Positions 40,540-50,200 of a DNA stretch of 64,000 nucleotides are shown piece by piece (within the stretch, counting starts at the first letter, position 1; every line of letters begins with the position of its first letter). The position numbers and the translations under genes are program-made. The notes beneath the pieces are model-generated. The model did not search any database. It saw only the letters and a program-made list of their open reading frames with translations, and was not told where the DNA came from. Origin of the DNA: an uncultured bacterium (GTDB lineage Bacteria > Zixibacteria > MSB-5A5 > UBA10806); contig CBEUCH010000005.1 in the NCBI GenBank assembly GCA_965541585.1, forward strand, positions 64,001-128,000. The letters are read 5' to 3'.

Positions 40540-41394
40540 TTACCGGATCAGCGCCATTTTGCTGGTTTGGGCGAAATTGTCAGTAGTCAGCCGGTAAAAG
40601 TAGATCCCCGAAGGGACATCGGCCTTGCTGTCATTTGTCCCGTTCCACGCCACCGTATGAATCCCCGCCTCGCTAAAATCCCTTAAAAGCGTTCTAATCC
40701 GCTGGCCCAATATGTTGTAGATTTCAATAGTTACCGTCTGCCCCTCCGGAAGGGCAAATTCGATCATAGTCACCGGATTAAAAGGATTGGGATAATTCTG
40801 CTTTAAGGAAAAGATGGTTGGAATCGCCTCTGCCAGATCGTCAATGCCGGTGGGATCGCCATAGGTAATAGTGCCCGTCACAAAATCGGGCGCAAAACCT
40901 GTAACTCCATCCGTGAGGCCGAATCTCGACGGGCCCCCGACCGGATCAACCGCCGCATCGATCGTCACGTATTGGTCGGGCGTGTCCGGTTCGATTCTGA
41001 AAACAAGGTTCATGATATGTGCCCGCTCATATCCGGTTATCAGAGGCGGATTGTCCTCACCACCGGTATCCCAGAATCCGAACAGTCTCAAAAATCCGCC
41101 TTCATCTATGAAATCGTAATAGATTTCATCCCAGAGTGCCAGATAGGGGGGATCGGGAACCGCATAAACCATGTCGATAGCGAAACCGCCCTCGGGGGCT
41201 TCGAACATTAAGGGCAGGTTGAAGTATGCAACGGAGTCATCGGTAACGGCATATATGGGCACTGTCACAAGGGTATCACCTGAATTCGAGACTACATCTC
41301 CGATAATGATACTATCGGGCGCTCCAGGATCCTGAGCAAGAACCACTCCGCTGGCAATAAAGAATAGGCTATTGATGGAAATCAGAAACTTCAT
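40540..41394 (-). CDS. Secreted protein with cohesin-like domain and NYPNPFN/FlgD-Ig C-terminal domain
   Basis: Signal peptide; QNYPNPFNP.T.I.F, IYNILGQ, WNG, SGIYFYRL. Confidence 0.8.
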   Translation of the reverse strand: MKFLISINSLFFIASGVVLAQDPGAPDSIIIGDVVSNSGDTLVTVPIYAVTDDSVAYFNLPLMFEAPEGGFAIDMVYAVPDPPYLALWDEIYYDFIDEGGFLRLFGFWDTGGEDNPPLITGYERAHIMNLVFRIEPDTPDQYVTIDAAVDPVGGPSRFGLTDGVTGFAPDFVTGTITYGDPTGIDDLAEAIPTIFSLKQNYPNPFNPVTMIEFALPEGQTVTIEIYNILGQRIRTLLRDFSEAGIHTVAWNGTNDSKADVPSGIYFYRLTTDNFAQTSKMALIR

Positions 41395-41557
41395 TGCACG
41401 TTTCTCCTTCGATAACGAAAACCGATGCCTTCGCCAAGGCTACATTCAATTTCGTCATTTGTATCTGATTTGTCAAGTGAATTATACAACAGCGAGACGG
41501 CCCTATCCCGCTATTCTATGACGCTATGCTCTATGAATAATTGGGGTGCTGAGAACC

Positions 41558-42955
41558 TCAGACAGGTTCAGCGATCTCTTCGGAGACCTCTTTTTTGGTC
41601 TGGAGACCATATTTTTTTAGTTTCTCAAAGAGGGTAGTATAATCAATTTTTAAGATCTCGGCGCTTTTTTTCTTATTCCCCCTGCATTGCGATAAGACTC
41701 TCTTTATCAATGATTTTTCGGCCTCGGCCTGAGCGTGGGCGGCAACCTCCTTCAAGCCGGCTCCTTCCCTTATCCTGATTTCAGCCGTCGTCGCCAGACG
41801 GATGGCCAGATGATCCGGGGTGATGGTCTTTGCCTCACAGAGTATTATAGCCCGCTCGACGGTGTTTTCCAGCTCTCTGACGTTCCCTGGCCAGTGATAT
41901 TTGTCCATCAAAGCCAATGAATCGACCGAGAGTCTCTTTTTACTTTTGTTCATTTCGGTACAGAACCGCTCCACGAAATAATTCGCGAGCGCGGGAATAT
42001 CCTCACGTCGATCTCTCAACGGCGGAATCGTTATTGGAAAAACCGAAAGGCGATAAAAGAGATCCTCACGGAATCTCTTTTTTTGAATGGCTTCCTTAAG
42101 ATCTATATTGGTGGCCGCTATCACCCGTACATTGACCTTAATGGTCTTTGTCCCGCCGAGCCTTTCGAATCGCTTTTCCTGCAGGACGCGGAGGAGCTTG
42201 GCCTGTAACGAGACGTCCATATCTGAAATTTCGTCTAAGAATACGGTACCGCTCTCGGCAATCTCGAATTTACCCATCTTGCGGGCCGTACTGGAGGTGA
42301 AAGCGCCCCTCTCCGAACCGAATAGCTCGTTCTCCAGCAACTCCCGGGGTATGGCCGCACAGTTGATCGGCATAAACGGCCCATCTTTCCTCGGCGATAG
42401 ATAATGGATGGCTCGCGCAAAGAGCTCCTTGCCGGTGCCGGACTCGCCAAGCAAAAGTACGCTCGTACTCGATGCAGCAACCTTCTGAACCAGTTCAGTG
42501 GCGTCCTTCATCCTGCCCGATTTGCCTATTATCTCGGTCAGACTCAGATTTTGCGCCAGTTCCTCCCGCAGGAGGATATTCTCAGCCTTCAGGCGCCTGT
42601 TTTCGAGTGCCCGTTTTATGAGAAGTGTTAAACGGTCTGTATCGAACGGCTTGGTAAGGAAATCAAATGCCCCTATCTTCATAGCCTGAACCGCCGATTC
42701 AACGGTGCCGAATGCCGTCATGACTATGACAGAGGCCTCGGGATCGGCCTCCTTTACCTCCGAGAGGACTTTTATACCATCGGCGCCGGGCAGCTTGAGA
42801 TCAGTGAGAACCAGATCGTAGCGCTTATCCCTGGCCTTATTTATGCCTTCCTGCCCATCGGATGCGACATCAACCTCATAACCCTCTTCCGTCAGGGTAG
42901 CAGAGAGCATCTGCTGTAGGGCACCCTTGTCTTCAACTACCAGAATAGAAGCCAA
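41558..42955 (-). CDS. Sigma-54-type response regulator (NtrC/PilR family), GAFTSS variant
   Basis: Receiver (TDLKLP), GESGTGKE, ENELFGSERGAFTSS, FREDLFYRL, WPGNVREL and HTH. TTG start with RBS AAGGAG. Confidence 0.92.
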   Translation of the reverse strand: MASILVVEDKGALQQMLSATLTEEGYEVDVASDGQEGINKARDKRYDLVLTDLKLPGADGIKVLSEVKEADPEASVIVMTAFGTVESAVQAMKIGAFDFLTKPFDTDRLTLLIKRALENRRLKAENILLREELAQNLSLTEIIGKSGRMKDATELVQKVAASSTSVLLLGESGTGKELFARAIHYLSPRKDGPFMPINCAAIPRELLENELFGSERGAFTSSTARKMGKFEIAESGTVFLDEISDMDVSLQAKLLRVLQEKRFERLGGTKTIKVNVRVIAATNIDLKEAIQKKRFREDLFYRLSVFPITIPPLRDRREDIPALANYFVERFCTEMNKSKKRLSVDSLALMDKYHWPGNVRELENTVERAIILCEAKTITPDHLAIRLATTAEIRIREGAGLKEVAAHAQAEAEKSLIKRVLSQCRGNKKKSAEILKIDYTTLFEKLKKYGLQTKKEVSEEIAEPV

Positions 42956-43012
42956 ACCACTCTCCTTAAAATAATGCTGTTCATATTGGATATCGGCAGA
43001 ATGCGAAGGCTC

Positions 43013-43687
43013 TTAAGGCTGGCAGGTCCTGCAGGATGATAAGCCTATATCCAGTGGTTCCCCCCGCGTTTTAAACCGTCTGGCGCGAGAAAGATCGGTG
43101 GTTTTTATATTAGGACAGAGAGGTCTGTGAAAACGAAATGACCCGAAAGGACTTATATAGTGATCCTCGGGTGTCGGATCCGGCAAAGACCATATTCCGA
43201 CTTTCGATAATCTGGCATCCCTCTGTGCCAGAATCAGTTGCCCTGCAATCCTTTGATTCTTTTCAAACAGGTACACCGAGGCGAAACCCGAGTCGATCAC
43301 AAGTTTGTTGTAAAGAATCGAATCAACGTACAGGTAAACTAATCGGCGACCATAACGATCAACAGGCTCCGTATCATATTCAATCCGGACCTCTTCTCCC
43401 AGCAGCATCGATTCGGCGAAAACCCTCGCCCCCTTGAAAAACGGCCGTCCCTCCTCCGGCGTGTCAACGCCTATTAATCTGATCTGACCGCCGTCTGAAA
43501 GGAGAAACGTATCTCCGTCCAGAACCTGCTCGACAATTATCGCAGGCCTCACTCTTCCCTCAGTCAATTCGCGGTCATCCCGGCCTTTTCGTCCCCTTTC
43601 CTTGGTTGGAAGCAATAGCAGGATTATCGACAGTGCGACAAGAACGGCTGCCAGCCAGAGCCACCTTTTTGAAGATCTCTCTGTCAT
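43013..43687 (-). CDS. Thermonuclease (SNase) family protein with C-terminal Ada-like Zn module
   Basis: LDGDT, RLIGVDTPE, DRYGRRL.Y; FHRPLC...CRTCQP. N-terminal TM. Confidence 0.88.
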   Translation of the reverse strand: MTERSSKRWLWLAAVLVALSIILLLLPTKERGRKGRDDRELTEGRVRPAIIVEQVLDGDTFLLSDGGQIRLIGVDTPEEGRPFFKGARVFAESMLLGEEVRIEYDTEPVDRYGRRLVYLYVDSILYNKLVIDSGFASVYLFEKNQRIAGQLILAQRDARLSKVGIWSLPDPTPEDHYISPFGSFRFHRPLCPNIKTTDLSRARRFKTRGEPLDIGLSSCRTCQP

Positions 43688-44025
43688 TCTAATTCTCCTT
43701 TAATCTCTATATTACCGCCACCCACCGGCCAATTCTCTGTGCGATGACTCGTCCTATCGATCTGCAGGAATCTGCAGGGTTTTCTCCTGCGGAGGAAATG
43801 CTCGAGGTGAATGATCTAATTTACTCTGACCGATTCTGCGCGTTTATAATTCCAACGGAGCCGTCAAGCCCCTGAACGGCTCAAAATAGGATTGAATCCC
43901 GGCTTTATCCTTGATTGATCGATGAGAACAACACCCTGAAATCGCACTGATTCGCTGAATTCTGATTCGTTTTAGAAATAAAAGATGATTCTCTCATGGC
44001 CTGCTATATATATCTTTTGAGTTTT

Positions 44026-45063
44026 TCAAAAATCCCGCTCGACAACGAAATCCACCAGTTCGACTATTACCGATTTCCATTCATCGTCAATAGAGCCGTC
44101 GAGAGAATCCATAAACGTCGCCCGGGCATTCATGGCGAGCTTCTGCGATACCTCGATCGCATACTTTATAGACCCATATTTTCTCATCAGCAATAAGATA
44201 TCATCGATCATTCGAATGTTTTTATCGTCTCTATCTCTATCGAGGGAGTCTATTATATAACGTTTTTCATCACCGGTGCATTTGCCCAGGAGGCTGATCA
44301 AAATCAAGGTTCTTTTCCCCTCCAGAATATCTCCACCGATCTCCTTACCGTATTTTTCTTTGTCGCCGATGAGGTTTAAGACATCATCTTGAATCTGGAA
44401 TGCCACTCCAAGATCCATCCCGAATTTCACTATCGTTTCCCTTACATTCCCCGGCGCGCCTGCAATAAAGCATCCTGTCCAGGACGGCGTGATACAGGTA
44501 TACCAGGCGGTTTTGCGCCGACACATATCAAAATAATCATCTTGGCTGATATCCCAGCGGTGATTCTTCGCCCAGGCGAGTTCTATATGCTGTCCGGAGG
44601 TCGTCTGCGAATACATGTACAAGAACTCTTCGAATATGGACAGGGCTTTTTCGGCTCCAAGTATGTCCTTATTCTTAAGTATTAATTCCCACATTTTACC
44701 CGCCAGCGCGTCGCCGGCGTTCAGCGCCAGAGGAATGCCATATTTCACGTGAAGAGCCGGAAGCCCTCGCCTCAGGTCGGATTGATCCTCTATATCGTCG
44801 TGAATAACAATCCAGTTCTGAAATAGCTCCATCGCCGCTGCTGTGTTCAGAGCAATCTCGTCACTACCGCCAAAAGCGCGATTAAATATCAGTAGAAGCC
44901 CCGGTCGTAATCCCTTTCCGGATCGGGACGGATAATCGCGCATCATGGTATACAGAAGGTCGATCTCGGGAGTCTCATGAGTGGATGGCACTTCCTCGAA
45001 GATGTATTCATCCACTCGATTCTTGAAGGATTTCAATAGATCAAGAACCCCGGGAGCATTCAT
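44026..45063 (-). CDS. Polyprenyl diphosphate synthase (GGPP synthase-like)
   Basis: GK.LRP, IHDDIEDQSDLRRG, NAGD, GQ, KTA.Y, FQIQDD.L, GK..GGD..EGK.T. Confidence 0.92.
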   Translation of the reverse strand: MNAPGVLDLLKSFKNRVDEYIFEEVPSTHETPEIDLLYTMMRDYPSRSGKGLRPGLLLIFNRAFGGSDEIALNTAAAMELFQNWIVIHDDIEDQSDLRRGLPALHVKYGIPLALNAGDALAGKMWELILKNKDILGAEKALSIFEEFLYMYSQTTSGQHIELAWAKNHRWDISQDDYFDMCRRKTAWYTCITPSWTGCFIAGAPGNVRETIVKFGMDLGVAFQIQDDVLNLIGDKEKYGKEIGGDILEGKRTLILISLLGKCTGDEKRYIIDSLDRDRDDKNIRMIDDILLLMRKYGSIKYAIEVSQKLAMNARATFMDSLDGSIDDEWKSVIVELVDFVVERDF

Positions 45064-45112
45064 AACTTATGTTAATAAATGAAATACTTTTTTTAAGTCA
45101 ACTCATTATTGT

Positions 45113-47245
45113 TCAGGGAACTGAAAGGTTCTGCTTTCGCTTTGATACCACCGAGTTAATTGTTTCCTCAAATTCCTCCATACTGAACGGTTTGGATAAA
45201 ACGGCATCGACCCGTTGTAAGGCTTCTTCTCCATCGAGTTGCGCCCCCCATCCTGAAATCAGAATGACGGGCATACTGGGATATTTATTTCGGCAGAATT
45301 GGGCTACCTCCCATCCTCCAACCTCGGGCATGCCGAGATCAGTGACAACCAGATCAAATTTCTCTTTCTCTAATATTTCGAGCGCCACCCGACCGCCGTC
45401 AGCTTTGCGGCAGCTGTGCTCCATGTAATCTATCATGTCTCCAACCACGTCAAGCAAGGGCACCTCATCATCAACCAGCAAGATTTTGAGATCGGATGGT
45501 TTGGCTGAGGTCTCATCAACATGTTGATCTAGCTCCGTTTCGTCCGCCGGACTGAATTTGAAAGTGAATTCAGCGCCCTCACCGGGCGATGATTTTACCG
45601 AAATATCAACCTGGCTGCGGAACATAATACCGTAAACCATGGACAGTCCCATCCCCGAACCTTTCTTGCCCCTTGTAGAGAAGAATGGGAAAAACATCTT
45701 GTTCTTGGTGTTTTCATCCATTCCAACCCCATCATCAGCTATTCGCAAGAAAACATCTCCGTCCGACACGCGGGTAGTTATCCAGATATTTCCACCTTCA
45801 GGAAGGGCGTCCACGGAGTTCAGTATCACATTCGAAACCGCCTCTCTCAACTCGTCATGGCTCCCCTTAACCATCGGGATCGATTTCAGATCGGATTGGA
45901 GATTGATAGTAATCCCCGCTCTCTGGGCTGTACTTTTCCAGGCCGGACTGGTATTCTCAATCGCCTCTCGGATCACCTTATTCAAATCGGCCTTCGCGTC
46001 TTGTGATCTGCGTGAAAGGTGAGTGAAATCCTGAAGCCTGAGGACCGTAGTCCTGCCCTCGAGTGTAGCGACCTCTATCGTCTCCAGTTCCCGTCTTAAT
46101 CCGGGGTCATCAATCCTCTTCTGAAGCAGTTGCACGCGACCCAGAATGGTTCCCAGGATATTATTGAAATCGTGGGCCACTCCGCCCGCCATATCGCCAA
46201 GTACTTTTAGCCTTTCGGCCATGATGAGACGGTCCTGTGTTGACCGCAACTCTTCATAGGCTTTTTCGAGTTTTTCGTAAAGCTTGGCGTTTTCGATGGC
46301 GTCGGCCGTCTGTCGAGCGAAGATCGTGAGAATTTCAAGATCTTCCTGAACGAAAATCTTGCCAACGTTATTCCGCAGGGTTATTACTCCTATCACGTCG
46401 CCGGACCATGTGAGTGGAACGCTTATTATGGATTCCGGCTCTACCGGCGTCCCCGGGACCTGAATGGATCGTGGATCGCTCTCGGATTGATTCGAGATCA
46501 TACCGACACCTGTCTGCGCCACACAACCGGTCAATCCCTGGCCCGGCCTGAGACGCATGGAGTTGATGGCATCCACATGCGATTCATCGATAGTCAGAAG
46601 GGGGATCAGGACATTTTCTTCTTTTTCGAGAATGAAAATCGTCCCGCCGGTGGCCCCGACGATCTCCATAGATAGTTTTACCGCTTTTTGAAGAACCTCT
46701 TTATAATTCAGGGATGAATATATGTGAGTGGAGAGATCCAGAAGCGCCGCCAGCTTCTCGCCCTGCTCTTTTGATCTTATTTCGCTCATCGATGCTGAGA
46801 GTGAAAGAGCAATCTGTTCGCCTATGAGCTCCGCCCGTGAGATATATTCCTGAGAGTCGGATATCCTCTCCTTCCATCCCCAGATAGCGTATCCGAATCC
46901 TATGTCCTCTATGAAGAAAGGCGAAATAATAATAGATTGGGTGTCGAACATGCTCATCAGCTTTTCTATAATTCGATCATTATTGCCCTGCTTGAAGAAG
47001 GTAGGCCCGGAAATAGACCGCATGGCGATCCAGTTATCCGGGTCTATTCCGCGCAATTCGTAATATACTCCGGACGTATCATCAATACAGCTCTCGTTCT
47101 CTACGTGCAGGTCAAAATGACGATGATCAACGTCCATCAGCAGAACCACAAATACATCGGCATCGAGAACCCTCTTCGCCCTGCTGGATGTAACCTTGAA
47201 AAGCGGTCCCGCGGCATTGAATCGTGTGGAGTCAAACCTGCTCAA
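45113..47245 (-). CDS. GAF-containing hybrid histidine kinase
   Basis: GAF; GVAHDFNNIL H-box; NS.DA, D.G.GM, PFFST..G.G.GL; C-terminal receiver (TDLGMP). Confidence 0.92.
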   Translation of the reverse strand: MSRFDSTRFNAAGPLFKVTSSRAKRVLDADVFVVLLMDVDHRHFDLHVENESCIDDTSGVYYELRGIDPDNWIAMRSISGPTFFKQGNNDRIIEKLMSMFDTQSIIISPFFIEDIGFGYAIWGWKERISDSQEYISRAELIGEQIALSLSASMSEIRSKEQGEKLAALLDLSTHIYSSLNYKEVLQKAVKLSMEIVGATGGTIFILEKEENVLIPLLTIDESHVDAINSMRLRPGQGLTGCVAQTGVGMISNQSESDPRSIQVPGTPVEPESIISVPLTWSGDVIGVITLRNNVGKIFVQEDLEILTIFARQTADAIENAKLYEKLEKAYEELRSTQDRLIMAERLKVLGDMAGGVAHDFNNILGTILGRVQLLQKRIDDPGLRRELETIEVATLEGRTTVLRLQDFTHLSRRSQDAKADLNKVIREAIENTSPAWKSTAQRAGITINLQSDLKSIPMVKGSHDELREAVSNVILNSVDALPEGGNIWITTRVSDGDVFLRIADDGVGMDENTKNKMFFPFFSTRGKKGSGMGLSMVYGIMFRSQVDISVKSSPGEGAEFTFKFSPADETELDQHVDETSAKPSDLKILLVDDEVPLLDVVGDMIDYMEHSCRKADGGRVALEILEKEKFDLVVTDLGMPEVGGWEVAQFCRNKYPSMPVILISGWGAQLDGEEALQRVDAVLSKPFSMEEFEETINSVVSKRKQNLSVP

Positions 47246-50200
47246 TCAGCACCTCGTCTCTGCCACATTTGAGGACATCGCTTAGAATCTGCAGAATTTC
47301 GTTAATCTTGAACGGCTTTTTGATAAGGCCGTTGACGTGATGCGCAGAGAGATTCCCCGGCTCAACCTGCGCACCCCAGCCTGTGGCGACAACAACTTTC
47401 ATATCGCGGTATGTTTCGTAAACGGCATCTGCCAGATCCCAGCCAGAAATACCGTCCATGCCAAGATCGGTGATCAGCAGATCATACCTTTTCCTGGCCA
47501 TAACCTCCAGAGCTGCGGCCCCGCTGGCAACGGCTTCGACCTGATAACCGGTCGATTCGAGAATCTCGGTCAGGACTTCCACCAAACCCTCCTCGTCATC
47601 AACGATCAGAATTGAGCTATTAGCAGTCTGGTCATTATCATCTTGAAGCATCATTGGTTTCTCCGGCGAATCGCTGCGGCGTGGAATAGTTATGGTGATT
47701 GTGGTACCCCGGCCCGCGGAGGATTCCACATCGATCTTGCCACCATGACGGTTGACTATCCCATAGGTTACCGACAATCCCAATCCTGTACCGTGTTCAC
47801 CCTTGGTGGTGAAAAACGGCTCAAATATCTTCTTCTTCGTCTCATCCGACATCCCCTGACCGTTGTCCTCCACAACAATCCTGATAAGATTCTCATTCTC
47901 TATCGACGCATCTATCGAGATTTTGCCCTCCTGCGGAATCGCATCAACGGCATTGATGATGAGATTCGTGAAAACCTCCCTGAGTTCGGATGGACTACCG
48001 GTCGTTTGTAAGGATCCGCTGCGATGAAATTCTACGGCGATTTTCTTCCCCGATGCCCGCGCATGATCGTGCCACCGGGGCCTCGTCAATTCGATGACGT
48101 CGGCTATAATCTGGTCTATAAAGAGGTCTACAAACTTTTCAGTCGGCTTCTTCTTCGTGAACTCGCTTATACGTGACAATATATGTGAGCCGTCCATGGC
48201 CGCTTTTTCGATAACATCGAGGTTCTTACCAAAGGATTTCTTATAGGGATGATCCTCTGCGGTGTCCATCTTCCTTATCATCAACTGGACTCTTCCCAGA
48301 ATGGCGGCCAATATATTATTAAAATCATGAACCACGCCGGATGACATTTCACCCAGCGCCCTCAACTTCTCCGTTTGCACCATACGTTCCTGGGCATCCT
48401 GCAATTGCCTGTAAGCGGTTTTCAGTTGTTTATATAAATGAGCGTTTTGCCAGGCGATCCTCAGATGTACCGCCAGATCGTTCAATAAAGAAAGCTCCTG
48501 TGGAGTGAAACCGTCGCTCCGCGAGCCCCCTACGGTGAGAATGGCCTCCGATTTATCATTATTGCCAATCGGCAACAGCGCCAGATGTCGGATTCCAGCA
48601 TCTACAACGGGCTGTAACTTCTCGGGTCCGCCCAATCCTGTTAGTTCCTTAAAGGAAACAAATTCCGGTTTGCCGCTTGAGAAGACCTGGTGCAACTTAT
48701 CGCTGAGAATTTCTAAAACCGGGCCAGGAAAAATGTCCCCCAGCGATCTCGGCGAATAACCTGCCTTGCAGGAAAATGTATCGCCGTCGGGCACAACGAG
48801 AAGCGTCCATTTATATCCGGCGTTATCCGCAACCGCTTTAGCGACAACGTTGAAAAAGCTATCGAGATCGAGGGCAGCTGAAATGGCCGTATTGATCTTA
48901 TCTATTAGTCCGAGTCGCTCCGCTTTCTCCATAGTCTCCTTGAATAGATATGAATTGTCAATCGCCACGGCCAGAATATCCGCGAGTGTTTCTAAAATGT
49001 TGATATCGTCCGCTGCGAAATTATCAGCATACATTGATTCCACGTCCAGAACGCCCAGCACGTTGTCGGCTGCGATTATCGGAATACAGACCTCGCTTCG
49101 GACTTCATCAATGGCAAGTATATAATTGGGGTCGGTTCTCACATCGGCACAATAGAGGGTCTTCCTGGCACCTACGGCCCTCCCGAGAAGGCCATTATCC
49201 AGATCCACTGTAAAATCGGACGGCACCTTCTTCTCAGTTGCCGCCGCCTGCTGGGCCACAAAAAACCGTCCGCAATCATTATCAATCAAGAATATCGCTA
49301 CCAGATGATAGCCAAACGCCGCCTGAATCGAGTCGACGGCGAGTTTCAGAACTTCCTGAAGATTCAAAGATTCGGACGTTTTTCTGGAGAATTCAAATAT
49401 AGTCTTGAGCCTATGGCTGCGTTTCCGTTCCTGCTCGAAAAGCCTTGCCTTTTCCATGGCCACGGCGATCTGGGCCGCCAACGACTGAAGAAAATCCTCG
49501 TCGCGACTTGAAAAATTATTCCTGGCTTCTGAACCGACGCTGAATACGCCAATTACCTTCTCACCGATCTTTATGGGAACCGCCAGTTCCGATAACGTCT
49601 CCGGAAAAGACGATTTTAAATGCGAATCGAGACGAGTGTCATCGATGATTACTGCCTCTCCCGTGGATGCAGCCAATCCTGGAATGGTATCGCTTTTTAC
49701 AGGCAATCCGCTTTCGGTCCCGGCAACCGGATTCAACCCTCTAAAAGACAGTGGCTTGAGAGTCCTCTTCCCTTCATCGACTCCAAAAATCACTGAGGAG
49801 GTATTGTCGAGAAAGTCGCCCGTGGCCTCCAGAACCTTGGCTAACATGGAATCCACATCGATTTCCGAGTTGATCGCTGCACTGACATTAAAGGAAGCCG
49901 TCAATTGATCTACTTTTTGCCTTATAAACCCGTACAGGCGCGCATTTTCAATAGCTGACGCAGCCTGCGAGGCTAAGGCCTGAATGAAGTTCAACTCCTC
50001 ACTGCTTGTGGCGCCGCGAGCTCCCGATCGCTCCTCGCCCAGTATTATGGAGCCTATGAATTTCGCCGAATGGGAGATGGGAAGTATGGTAAGACTTTTG
50101 ATCGTATCGGTGCAGAAGAATGCTCTCTCTTCAGATGAGAGTTCAGCGATATCTTGCGATCCCAGGACGGTGGCCCGCTTGGTGCGAATAACTTCGGCCA

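Noticed and set aside
43690..44020. Long intergenic region as a possible ncRNA
   Set aside because: Only one clear hairpin (GAGCCGT...ACGGCTC, ~43858-43882), consistent with a terminator. No known RNA motif recognised.
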